From a virus: 64,000 nucleotides of DNA. Below the pieces are notes generated by a model, which ran no database searches, was not told the DNA's origin, and was given only the letters and a program-made list of their open reading frames with translations. The position numbers and the translations under genes were made by a program. The DNA is taken from positions 1 through 64,000 of the IMG/VR virus record IMGVR_UViG_3300025889_000085. One strand, written 5' to 3'. This document shows, piece by piece, positions 38,905 through 49,010 of the stretch; within the stretch, counting starts at the first letter, position 1, and the number at the start of each line of letters is the position of its first letter.

Positions 38905-39816
38905 ATGGCAAATTTACAGCAAGGTCCTAGTAGTAACTCAGACAACACAGATCCATCTGGAGTTAGTCAAACTGCTGGGGTAGCACCACAACAACAGTTT
39001 GCATCAGGCGGAGATGCAAGTGCATTTCGTTTAAGTACCCTTGCAGAAGGCATTGTAAAAGGTGGAGCCTTTGCTTTGGAAGCCATAGCTGGTAGTGTAT
39101 TTAACTTTAATTCTACTGGTGCGAACCCTAGTTCAATTGGTCCTGACGATGACTGGCGTGTGCGTATTAGTATGCAACCACAGACTGCTGCATTGTTTTA
39201 TAATAATCCAGGTAATCCTATATTGTACCCGTTGAGTCAAACCAATGGTGTAGTTTTTCCTTATACTCCACAAGTAGATATTTCACACCAGGCTGATTAC
39301 ACAGCGCAACCATTAACACATAGCAATTATCAAAGTTACTTTTATGACAAAAGTTCAGTACAACGTATAAACATTACTGCTGATTTTACTGTACAAAATA
39401 TTCAAGAAGGACAGTATCTTGCTGCAGTTATGCAATTCTTAAAAAGCACAACAAAAATGTTTTTTGGAAATAGTCAACTAGCAGGTACACCACCTCCAAT
39501 GGTGTTTTTAGACGGATATGGTCCAGCAATTTTACCACACGTTCCTTGTGTAGTGACAGATTTTAGTTATACTATGCCTGGTGATGTAGACTATATAAAA
39601 ATACCAGTTGGCGCCAGTTTGCAAAGCACCGCCGGCAATCCCATACAAAATAGTAATTATGCAGTACCAGCAAGACTGCCCACTGCTTGTACATTACGTA
39701 TCGGACTACAGCCAATTTACAGCAAAAATAACGTGGCAAGAAACTTTACACTAGAGCGTTATGCTGCTGGAGGCCTGATACAAGATTCACGTGGCGCTAG
39801 GGGAGGATTTATTTAA
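38905..39816 (+). CDS. Baseplate/tail tube initiator-like protein
   Basis: GVVFPYTP, THSNY, FLKSTTKMFFG, GTPPP and VPCVVTDFSYTMP..VDY motifs; first gene of the baseplate operon; TAAATA at 38881-38886. Confidence 0.55.
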   Translation: MANLQQGPSSNSDNTDPSGVSQTAGVAPQQQFASGGDASAFRLSTLAEGIVKGGAFALEAIAGSVFNFNSTGANPSSIGPDDDWRVRISMQPQTAALFYNNPGNPILYPLSQTNGVVFPYTPQVDISHQADYTAQPLTHSNYQSYFYDKSSVQRINITADFTVQNIQEGQYLAAVMQFLKSTTKMFFGNSQLAGTPPPMVFLDGYGPAILPHVPCVVTDFSYTMPGDVDYIKIPVGASLQSTAGNPIQNSNYAVPARLPTACTLRIGLQPIYSKNNVARNFTLERYAAGGLIQDSRGARGGFI

Positions 39817-40130
39817 TGGCACGGTCTAGTTCTAAGGTTGAATACAACTCAACAAGTCCTTATTACAATACACCGGTTATTGGAGGATACCTGGATTTAG
39901 CAAACATTCCTAGCATTCCTAAACTGCAAGGTGATGTTATTGTTACTGTAAACAAGACTTATCAGTATCGGCCGGACCTATTAGCATATGACTTATACGG
40001 TGATCCTGGATTATGGTGGGTGTTTGCTGTAAGAAACCCAAATGTAATAAACGATCCCATTTTTGACATGCGTATTGGTAAACGTATTGCAGTACCTAAA
40101 AAAGAAACATTACAAGGTATCATTACATAA
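39816..40130 (+). CDS. Baseplate wedge protein, gp53/LysM-like
   Basis: YRPDLLAYDLYGDPGLWWVF...N motif. Confidence 0.8.
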   Translation: MARSSSKVEYNSTSPYYNTPVIGGYLDLANIPSIPKLQGDVIVTVNKTYQYRPDLLAYDLYGDPGLWWVFAVRNPNVINDPIFDMRIGKRIAVPKKETLQGIIT

Positions 40131-42973
40131 TGGCTAACCTTTTTGATTTTAGTGCCGAGTTCGAAGGCGTCGATCAGGCAATTCAAGAACAAACAGGCGC
40201 AGTATATAATGAACCAGATCCATTTGTAATACCGTCAAGTCGAAACACGACATCTGTAGTGGAATCGTTTGGTGCAGAGAATTTCGTACCTACAGGTAGT
40301 CTTAGTCCTTACTTGGTAGATGAAGCAGCCCAAGCACAAGTTGATGAATCGTTTATTCAAGAAGCAGAAGGTTTAAATGCACAACAATCTGCTTTTTCTC
40401 CTAGTCTGGTATCCCCTACCACAAAAGAACCTGTTTATACAGTAGAAGTAAGAGGTACTGCACCAGCACAACAACCACTTGTAAATCCCTTGCACGATTT
40501 TGAAAGTTATACCTACAATTTAAGTTTACATGCAATCACAATTGAAAATTTCAATAATTTAACAGACAGCCCACGTGGATATATTCCAACCGATGTTTTA
40601 ATTGCAGGCGCTGGGCGTTACAGTGATAACTTTAAACGCAATCGCTTTTTTGAAGAAGACTTTTATTTTGAAAATCTAAGATTAGAGTCTATTGTTAACA
40701 CAAAAAAGACAAATAGATTTAGTAATGTTGTTAATATAGAGTTTACAATCATTGAACCCGGTGGGTTTACTCTTATTCAAAGGTTAATTAGTGCTTGCGA
40801 ACTTCCTCGCAGTCAAGGAGGAGTAGGAGGCCAAAATTATCTTAAACAGCCTTTCATATTACAAATTGATTTTTATGGACAAGTCGATGGTAATATAGGT
40901 GCTGGTATTATACCTAATCAAACAAAATTAATTCCAATTAAGTTAGTTTCAATGAACACTAAAATTGGTACAAAGGGCACACAATATGATTTCGAAGCAG
41001 TCCCTTATAACCATAATGCTTTTGACCCAACAAAAATAAACTTGCCAGCAAATTTCACCGTTAAAGCAGCAAAAGTTTATGATATATTTGGTGATGGTGA
41101 AGTCACAACAGAATCCACAGCAGAATCGCAAGCACTACAAGACCAAATTGAAGCCAGAAATAATTATAGTGAAACGTATGGAGCTGCATTGACAGAAGAT
41201 AATGAAGGGGCAGCAGCAGTTCTCGCAAACCAAGGAATCTACCAAACTAAGGTTACGCAAACACTTGGCAAAACAGGAATAGCGGCTGGATTTAACAGTT
41301 ATTACAAGACGTTAGAAGAAAAAAATAATTTAAAATACGATAGAATTAAATTTAGTTTAGATCCTGAAATTGGAGACTCGTTAATTTATACATCAGGACC
41401 AACTAGTATTTCTAATGCTGCAGAAACTGGTAGCACTGAAACTGCCGCTCAACAAGCAGGCGGAGCAAATAAAGGAACTATTGCTTTTAATGCCGGACAG
41501 TTAACTATACCTGCGGGCACAAATATTCAAAGTGTGATAGAATGGGCAATTACTAATAGCGAATATATGAGCAAACAGATAATAGGAGTACAAGGCGCGG
41601 GTGATCCCAGCAAAGGTGTTGTAAATCAAAGTGCTGAAATACTTAAATTGGTAAAAATCGTACCAAGAGTTAAAATCAGAGAATACGATCCTACTAGAGC
41701 AAATTACAGTTATGACATAACTTATATAATTAGAAAATTCCTAGTTAATAGTAGGACACCAAACGCACCGCAAGGCAGAGTGCAAGGGTGGGTTAAAGAA
41801 TACAACTACATTTATACCGGAGGTGTTAGTCCTTATACCGGTGATGTAGCAGTTAATAGAGACGTAATTAATCTTGATTTAGATTTTAACATGTTGTTTT
41901 ATACAGCAATTACTGGATTTAGAGAAAAAAACAAACTGTTTACAACCGGCGCAACTCAAGCCAATGGTGCAGATGATTTACAGACAATATTGAATGAAAA
42001 TGCCAGTGGGTTCGAAGGCGATCCGGGAAATACTCCTAGTACACAAACAACTAACCCAGCAAAGGCATTAGAAGATCTTGTTGAACGTGCAGAAGTTGTA
42101 TACCAGTCTGGTAGTAAAAGAAATCAAACTAGAACAGGTGCCGGCCAAGCTGGCGTTCAAGCGAGTGCAGATATATTAAACAATCAACTTTCTGATGCTA
42201 GAGGTGATATGATCAACGTGTCACTTACTATCACAGGCGATCCCCATTGGATTAAACAAGACGACATTCTTTATAATCAAAATTTAGTTGGACAAACTAG
42301 TAGACTTACTCCTAATAACAGTCTTTACACTGACAGCGGTGAACTTTATGTTTACTTAAACTTTATGAGTCCCGTAGACTATGATGAATCAACCGGACTT
42401 GCTATACCTTTTGGATCTTCATATAATTACAGCCTTTTTTCTGGTGTCTACAAAGTTATAACTGTTACGTCGACGTTTAGAGGAGGAGAATTTCGACAAA
42501 TATTAGAGTTGATTAGACTTCCCATTAGCGACCAGAATAGACTTAAAGAAGCACAGAGTGCATATAGACAGGCCTATGGTTTTGAAATTGGTACAGGACA
42601 AGGCGTAGCATTTCAAACAAGTCAACTTGCAGGTCAACGAATTTTTGGTACTATACTAAGTGGAGCACTTTTAAATGGAGGTGCTGGATTAGAAAGCCTT
42701 GCTGCTGCTGCAACCAAAAAAGTATTTGGCGAAGTACAAAACATTGTAGCAAAAGAAATTGGTAGATTAACTTCGGATATTTTCGATAGCAGCATTGCTG
42801 ATAACGCAGCTGATGCTCTTTCTTCGATTAATTTTGATGACATCGGAGGCGTCAACGCTACATTCCAAGACCTTGGAACTGATCTTGTTAATAGTTTAGA
42901 TTTCCTAGATGTTGAAGTAGGCGACCCTACGCAATTTACCAGTGATGTAGATTTCCTAGGCGACTGGTTGTGA
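40130..42973 (+). CDS. Probable baseplate hub protein
   Basis: 947 aa between the gp53-like and gp5-like genes; LTITGDPHWI and SGVYKVITVTSTF.GG.F.Q.LEL.R resemble hub C-terminal motifs. Confidence 0.55.
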   Translation: MANLFDFSAEFEGVDQAIQEQTGAVYNEPDPFVIPSSRNTTSVVESFGAENFVPTGSLSPYLVDEAAQAQVDESFIQEAEGLNAQQSAFSPSLVSPTTKEPVYTVEVRGTAPAQQPLVNPLHDFESYTYNLSLHAITIENFNNLTDSPRGYIPTDVLIAGAGRYSDNFKRNRFFEEDFYFENLRLESIVNTKKTNRFSNVVNIEFTIIEPGGFTLIQRLISACELPRSQGGVGGQNYLKQPFILQIDFYGQVDGNIGAGIIPNQTKLIPIKLVSMNTKIGTKGTQYDFEAVPYNHNAFDPTKINLPANFTVKAAKVYDIFGDGEVTTESTAESQALQDQIEARNNYSETYGAALTEDNEGAAAVLANQGIYQTKVTQTLGKTGIAAGFNSYYKTLEEKNNLKYDRIKFSLDPEIGDSLIYTSGPTSISNAAETGSTETAAQQAGGANKGTIAFNAGQLTIPAGTNIQSVIEWAITNSEYMSKQIIGVQGAGDPSKGVVNQSAEILKLVKIVPRVKIREYDPTRANYSYDITYIIRKFLVNSRTPNAPQGRVQGWVKEYNYIYTGGVSPYTGDVAVNRDVINLDLDFNMLFYTAITGFREKNKLFTTGATQANGADDLQTILNENASGFEGDPGNTPSTQTTNPAKALEDLVERAEVVYQSGSKRNQTRTGAGQAGVQASADILNNQLSDARGDMINVSLTITGDPHWIKQDDILYNQNLVGQTSRLTPNNSLYTDSGELYVYLNFMSPVDYDESTGLAIPFGSSYNYSLFSGVYKVITVTSTFRGGEFRQILELIRLPISDQNRLKEAQSAYRQAYGFEIGTGQGVAFQTSQLAGQRIFGTILSGALLNGGAGLESLAAAATKKVFGEVQNIVAKEIGRLTSDIFDSSIADNAADALSSINFDDIGGVNATFQDLGTDLVNSLDFLDVEVGDPTQFTSDVDFLGDWL

Positions 42974-42988
42974 AGATAATTAACTAAT

Positions 42989-45145
42989 ATGGCGCAACTA
43001 CCTTATCAGAATAATAAGAAAAAACCAGAATGGAGTGAAAGTTCAAGCAGTATTTTCACTCCAACTATCGGTATCTACAAAGGTCTGGTTAAAAAACTAG
43101 ACAACGGAACACGTAGTGGGCGCCTGTATGTATATGTTGAAGATCTAAGCACTGCCACTAGCAACGATCCCAGCGGTTGGATTCTAGTAGATTATGCTAG
43201 TCCATTTATGGGCAGAACATTAGGTCCTGCACAAAAAGGCGCAGTGACCAATACTACAAATACTTTCTTTACAACACAACAGAGTTATGGTTTCTTTATG
43301 ACTCCACCGGACATTGGAAATTATGTGCTTTGTTGTTTTCCGGGCGGCAATAACCAAAGTGGTTATTGGTTTGCTTGTGTAAGTAACAGTCTTAGTAAAC
43401 AAATGATACCCAGTATCGGTGGCCTGCCTTTAAGCAGAATTGATCCTGCCAGCGTCCCTCCAAATTTTTCAAGTTATCTCAGGCCAGGCCAAATCTATCC
43501 TGTAGGAGAATTTAATGAAAACACGCAACAAGTGTTTACATCTAACTGGGCTACTGCTACTCTTAAACCTCTACATATTCCACAGTTTACCAGACTACTA
43601 ACACAGGGCCTAGATACAGACGCAAACGGAAGAGGAGTAATTAGCAGTAGTATACAACGTGACCCAGTAAGCGGAGTTTTTGGTTTTAGTACTCCTGGCA
43701 GACCTACAAACGATCCTGCAAGTGATCCAGATTTAAATGTAAAATTAGCATCGGGTGAAATAGATCCTGTAAACTTTGTTGCAAGTAATAGAGTGGGTGG
43801 TCACAGTCTCACAATGGATGACGGTGATTTATACGGCAACAATAACGTTGTAAAACTAAGAACTAGTGCTGGCCACCAAATATTCATGAATGACACAGAT
43901 GGATTCATGTATATTGCCAACAGTAATGGTACTGCCTGGGTTGAACTTACTAAAGAAGGAGATGTTCTAGTTTACGGGCAGCGTGATATCAGTATTCGTA
44001 GCCGAGGTAACTTAATGATGCACAGTGACCGTAGCATTATGATGAATGCTCGCGGCGCCATAGACTTAAAAAGTCAAGCACTGAGAGTAGAAAACACAGC
44101 AACAATTATAAACTCAGAACAGGCAATTCAAAATTACGCTCAACAAATTTCGATAAATGGAACCAGCGGAGTAAGCGTTTATGGTAGCAAAGCCAGTATT
44201 ACAGGTCTGGGTGGCTTGAGTCTGACAGGATTTCCTATTAGTATGAATAGTGGGACACCAGGCCAGCCACCACAAGCACCTAAAACGTTAAATCAATATC
44301 AACTACCAGATACTAGTTTTGTCCAAGGCCAAGGATGGGCAGCAGTTGATGGAGTGCTTCCATCAATTGCATACAGAGTTCCTACACATGAACCTTATGT
44401 TAGAGGAAATGTTGCAGCACTAATCCAACAACAAGAAGAAATATTTTCTGGAGGTACTGCTACTGTAGACGGAAATCAGGAAAATCAGATTAAATCGGTG
44501 AGTAGAGCAAACCTTAAACCCGGTATAGATGCTGCAAATATTTTAGGAATATCACAAGGTTCAGCAGCACCCACGGCAAATTATATTACTCAGCCTTCTA
44601 CATTGTCATTGGGCGATTTAAATAGCACTCAACTGAGAGCATATTCTGCGCAGGTAGGATATAATGCCAGCGGATCAGCATACGATGCTTACGACAGTCA
44701 AGGTCGCTTAGGGAAATATCAGATATCCCCTCAAGAATTAGTTAACCAAGGCTTTTTAAAACCCGATACTCCAAGAACCTTGGACGGAGTTAATAACCCT
44801 AATAACTGGACAGGTAAATTCGGTACAACAAGTGCTAATACTTTTTTCCAAAATACGCCATTACAGGATGCTGTAATGTACCAATATACTCAAAGCAACT
44901 ATTCTAAATTACAAAATATAGGCTTGATTGATTCCAGCAGTTCCTCAGATGAGATTGCTGGATTATTAAGTGCTTCTCATTTTAGCAACCCAGAAACTGT
45001 TTCAGTATGGGCAACTAAAAATCAAGATTTATCAAACACAATTGCTAAAAATTACAATAATGGAAGATATAGTCAGACACAGGTTACTGTTTTAGAAGCC
45101 AGCGACCGAAGCAAACAAATTGCTTCGACCACTCCAACAGCGTAA
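42989..45145 (+). CDS. Central spike protein (gp5/VgrG-like) with a C-terminal lysozyme-like domain
   Basis: OB-fold RSGRLYV...YASPF...PPDIG..VLC; GGHSLTMDDG...LRTSAGHQI beta-helix start; PTHEPY; C-terminal GKYQ domain. Confidence 0.75.
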   Translation: MAQLPYQNNKKKPEWSESSSSIFTPTIGIYKGLVKKLDNGTRSGRLYVYVEDLSTATSNDPSGWILVDYASPFMGRTLGPAQKGAVTNTTNTFFTTQQSYGFFMTPPDIGNYVLCCFPGGNNQSGYWFACVSNSLSKQMIPSIGGLPLSRIDPASVPPNFSSYLRPGQIYPVGEFNENTQQVFTSNWATATLKPLHIPQFTRLLTQGLDTDANGRGVISSSIQRDPVSGVFGFSTPGRPTNDPASDPDLNVKLASGEIDPVNFVASNRVGGHSLTMDDGDLYGNNNVVKLRTSAGHQIFMNDTDGFMYIANSNGTAWVELTKEGDVLVYGQRDISIRSRGNLMMHSDRSIMMNARGAIDLKSQALRVENTATIINSEQAIQNYAQQISINGTSGVSVYGSKASITGLGGLSLTGFPISMNSGTPGQPPQAPKTLNQYQLPDTSFVQGQGWAAVDGVLPSIAYRVPTHEPYVRGNVAALIQQQEEIFSGGTATVDGNQENQIKSVSRANLKPGIDAANILGISQGSAAPTANYITQPSTLSLGDLNSTQLRAYSAQVGYNASGSAYDAYDSQGRLGKYQISPQELVNQGFLKPDTPRTLDGVNNPNNWTGKFGTTSANTFFQNTPLQDAVMYQYTQSNYSKLQNIGLIDSSSSSDEIAGLLSASHFSNPETVSVWATKNQDLSNTIAKNYNNGRYSQTQVTVLEASDRSKQIASTTPTA

Positions 45146-45165
45146 TAATCTCGATAAATATTCAT

Positions 45166-45546
45166 ATGCCTATTCTATACAAAGGATTTAGTACAGTTGG
45201 TCGAAAAAAACATTTTCGCTTGACAGACTTTGAACTTGTAAAACAGGACCTTACAAACTATTTTAATATTCGTAAGGGTGAAAAACTGTCTAATCCTGAT
45301 TTTGGAACTGTAATTTGGGACACTATCTTCGAACCATTAAATGAAGATACAAAAGCCGTAATAATGCAGGATATAAAACGTATTATCGGATATGATCCCA
45401 GAGTAGCAGCACAGAATGTCATTGTTACTGAATATGATAGAGGCATTCAAATTGAAATAGAATTAATTTATGTGCAGACAAATCAAGTCAGCACTTTACA
45501 ACTGCAATTTGACGAACAAAGCAGAACTGCTTATCAGTTCCAATAA
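45166..45546 (+). CDS. gp25: Baseplate wedge protein (T4 gp25-like)
   Basis: LVKQDL.N.F..RKGE...NPDFGT.IW...FEP and DPRV motifs. Confidence 0.9.
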   Translation: MPILYKGFSTVGRKKHFRLTDFELVKQDLTNYFNIRKGEKLSNPDFGTVIWDTIFEPLNEDTKAVIMQDIKRIIGYDPRVAAQNVIVTEYDRGIQIEIELIYVQTNQVSTLQLQFDEQSRTAYQFQ

Positions 45547-45591
45547 AACCCCGGTTTTTCCAACCAGATAAATATCTAAAACGGAACAAGT

Positions 45592-48500
45592 ATGGCCACT
45601 ACCACGAGACAAAGCAGTTTATTAGTCAATCAAGATTGGACTAAGTTGTATGAAAGTTTCAGAGCAGCAGACTTTCAAGCCTATGATTTTCAGACCTTAC
45701 GCAAAGCCATGCTGGACTACTTGCGTTTGTATTACCCAGAAGATTTCAACGATTATACAGAAAGCAGTGAATATATTGCCCTTGTTGATCTTATTGCTTT
45801 TATGGGCCAAAGTCTTGCATTCCGCACAGATTTAAATGCCCGTGAAAACTTCATTGACACTGCTGAACGCAGAGATAGCATTTTAAAACTAGCCCGCCTT
45901 ATTAGTTACGTTCCAAAACGTAATCAAACTGCCACAGGATATTTAAAGTTTGATAGCATCCAAACTACAGAATCTCTATTTGATAGTAGCGGCCTGGATA
46001 TTAGTAATTCGGTAATTGCTTGGAATGACAGCACAAATCCTAATTGGTACGAACAATTTGTTACGATTTTAAACGCTGCTATGCCCACAAGTCAAAGTGT
46101 AGGTGAACCATCTAATAGTGCCACAATTGGTGGAATATTAACAGACGAATATAATGTAAACGTGCCAACCAATACTCTTCCTGTTTTTAAATTTAATGCA
46201 ACAGTAGAAAATGCAAATTTAGGATTTGAAATTGTTAGTGCAACTAGTGCAAATCGAAGTTACGTATATGAAGCAAGTCCCGCACTAGGTCAGCCTTTTA
46301 ATATTCTTTACAGAAATGATAGTTTAGGTAACGCCAGTAACAATACTGGTTTCTTTTTTTACTTCAAACAAGGCAATTTACAAAATCTAGATTTTAATTT
46401 TAACGAAAGTATTCCAAACAATTTAGTTAATATTAATACTAACAACGTTAACAACACAGATGTTTGGTTATACCAACTTAACAATCTAGGTGGGATACGT
46501 GCCGAATGGAGCAAGGTACCTAGTGTAAATGGGTTTAACATCATTTACAATAATAACGCAGCAAAAACTAGTTTCCAAGTTACTACACGAGTAAATGATC
46601 AAATTGATTTAGTTTTTGGTGATGGAACATTTAGTGCTATCCCAACTGGAAGATTTAGAACATATTTTAGAACCAGCAGTGGATTAGAATATAAAATTAC
46701 ACCCAACAATTTAAGAAGTATCAATATATCTATTCCATACGTAAGCCGCAAAGGTAGATTAGAAACATTAACTGTTGTTGCAAGTTTAAAATATACTGTA
46801 GCAAATGCAGTTGCAAGAGAAAGCAACACAGAGATTAAAACAAAAGCACCACAACAGTATTATACACAAAATCGTATGGTAACTGGGGAAGATTATAACA
46901 TTTTTCCTTACACAAATTACAGCACCATAAGCAAAGTAAAAGCAGTAAACCGTAGTAGCAGTGGTGTTAGTAGGTATTTGGATGTGTTAGATAGCACAGG
47001 CAGGTATAGTAGCACAAATATTTTTGCTGATGATGGTGTGTTATACCGAGAAGAAAGTACAAACAGTTTTGATTTTACCTGGAGTACAACTTCCGATATT
47101 AATCGAATTATTCAAAATAATATTCTACCTATTATCAGAGGAAAACCTTTATTACACTTTTATTATGACAAATTTTTAAGGTTCGGCCTTACTAGTTATT
47201 ATTGGAAACGCAGCACAGTAGGATCGGGATCCAGTACAGGATATTTTGTAACTGCATCTGGTGGCTCAATTGCTGCTCAGGTAGGTGCAGGAACAACAGG
47301 CAATCCTTCATATGTAACTGAAAATAGCATTGTAATTTTTAGTCCAGGTGCAGGAAATTATTTTAATGCAGAAAACTATATTACTCCTATACCTGCTTCG
47401 GGCGTAATTCCTCAAAACGGCCGTACCGAACTTTATGTTACTATTACACGCCTAATAGGAAATGGCACACAAGGTAATTTAAGTGATGGATCTGGACCTA
47501 TTGCGTTAAGTCAAAATGTTCCAAATAACGCACAGGCGATCACAGTTATTCCTGCGTTTAGCAATAGTTTTAGCGCCTCATTGATAGCCAGACTAATTCA
47601 ACTGATTTCTTCATATAGCGAATTTGGAATTAGGTACGATCAAGAATTGCAAGCATACGCAATTGTTTCTGCACAAGATATAGACGCCGCCAGCGAATTT
47701 AGCCAAACAAACCAAGGTAGTGAACTAGGTATTAACAATGACAGTAGTTGGATAATGAACTTTACATTGAACGCTACGACTTATAGTGTACAAACCCGTC
47801 AACTTAGTTATATCTTTCAAAGTGTAAGTGAAACTAAATTTTATTTTGATGATAGTTTTAAAATATTTGACTCAACTACAGGATTAACTGTGAATGACAA
47901 TGTCAATGTACTAAAAGTTAACGGAAACCCTGATACAGGAGCACCTTATACCAATAACTATCCATGGTATATCTATGGACAGATTGCAGAAAGTGATGGC
48001 TATGTTGACAATAGTAAAGCATTAATTACTTTTTCAGACTTTGATGATGATGGAGTCCCAGACGATCCCGATATTTTTAATACTATTGTTCAGCCCGACA
48101 CAGACCCATTGGAAAAATTTATCTACTTACAAAAAGTTTACGGATACGAAAGTTTTGTTACTTACAATATATTAGATAAATCCTTGGTAGATTCGGGGTA
48201 CGCAACTGAAGATGATATTTTACCTAATGTTAACAATTATCCTTTGGGACAAATTTTCTATGCAACAACTGAAGAAAACTTTTACGTATTGGGCGGCACA
48301 AATACAAATAGAACACTGACTTTATCTAACGATTATTTGGCACGAACTGGAAGACAAGGTTTGTATTTTCAATATAGACACAACGCACCAGCAACAAGAA
48401 GGCTTGATCCAAGCCCAAATAATTTAATTGATCTTTACATCTTAACTAAAGAATACGAAAATCAATATAGAACTTGGGCTTTGGATACAACAGGAACCGC

Positions 48501-49002
48501 CACTGAACCTGATGAACCAGATAGTGAGACATTACGATTATCTTTTCAAGACTTAGAAAATTATAAATCTGTCAGCGATGCAATCATTTATAATAATGCT
48601 CAATTTAAACCATTGTTTGGATCTAAGGCAAGACCAGAACTGCAAGCAACCTTTAAAGTAATTAAAAATCCTAACCTTAATCTTAGCGACAGTGAGATAA
48701 AAAGTCAGGTACTAACAAGTATTAATAATTATTTTGCTGTAAACAACTGGGACTTTGGTGAAACTTTCTATTTCACTGAGTTAGCAACATATATTCAACA
48801 AGGACTTGCTCCTGCTATTAACAGTATAATCATTGTACCAAATAGTGATAGTCAGACTTACGGAAGTTTGCAACAAATTAGTAGCCAAGCAAATGAAATT
48901 TTAATTAGTGTTGCTACTGCACAGAATATAGAAATAATCACTAGTATTACTGCTGCTCAACTCAACCTCGAAAATCAAGCGGTAAATACTATTATTAATT
49001 AA
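45592..49002 (+). CDS. gp6: Baseplate wedge protein (T4 gp6-like)
   Basis: YDFQTLR, ENFIDTAERRDS...LARLISY.PKR, LVFGDG.F, ES..EIK..AP..Y..QNRMVT.EDY motifs. Confidence 0.85.
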   Translation: MATTTRQSSLLVNQDWTKLYESFRAADFQAYDFQTLRKAMLDYLRLYYPEDFNDYTESSEYIALVDLIAFMGQSLAFRTDLNARENFIDTAERRDSILKLARLISYVPKRNQTATGYLKFDSIQTTESLFDSSGLDISNSVIAWNDSTNPNWYEQFVTILNAAMPTSQSVGEPSNSATIGGILTDEYNVNVPTNTLPVFKFNATVENANLGFEIVSATSANRSYVYEASPALGQPFNILYRNDSLGNASNNTGFFFYFKQGNLQNLDFNFNESIPNNLVNINTNNVNNTDVWLYQLNNLGGIRAEWSKVPSVNGFNIIYNNNAAKTSFQVTTRVNDQIDLVFGDGTFSAIPTGRFRTYFRTSSGLEYKITPNNLRSINISIPYVSRKGRLETLTVVASLKYTVANAVARESNTEIKTKAPQQYYTQNRMVTGEDYNIFPYTNYSTISKVKAVNRSSSGVSRYLDVLDSTGRYSSTNIFADDGVLYREESTNSFDFTWSTTSDINRIIQNNILPIIRGKPLLHFYYDKFLRFGLTSYYWKRSTVGSGSSTGYFVTASGGSIAAQVGAGTTGNPSYVTENSIVIFSPGAGNYFNAENYITPIPASGVIPQNGRTELYVTITRLIGNGTQGNLSDGSGPIALSQNVPNNAQAITVIPAFSNSFSASLIARLIQLISSYSEFGIRYDQELQAYAIVSAQDIDAASEFSQTNQGSELGINNDSSWIMNFTLNATTYSVQTRQLSYIFQSVSETKFYFDDSFKIFDSTTGLTVNDNVNVLKVNGNPDTGAPYTNNYPWYIYGQIAESDGYVDNSKALITFSDFDDDGVPDDPDIFNTIVQPDTDPLEKFIYLQKVYGYESFVTYNILDKSLVDSGYATEDDILPNVNNYPLGQIFYATTEENFYVLGGTNTNRTLTLSNDYLARTGRQGLYFQYRHNAPATRRLDPSPNNLIDLYILTKEYENQYRTWALDTTGTATEPDEPDSETLRLSFQDLENYKSVSDAIIYNNAQFKPLFGSKARPELQATFKVIKNPNLNLSDSEIKSQVLTSINNYFAVNNWDFGETFYFTELATYIQQGLAPAINSIIIVPNSDSQTYGSLQQISSQANEILISVATAQNIEIITSITAAQLNLENQAVNTIIN

Positions 49003-49010
49003 AAACTGGC

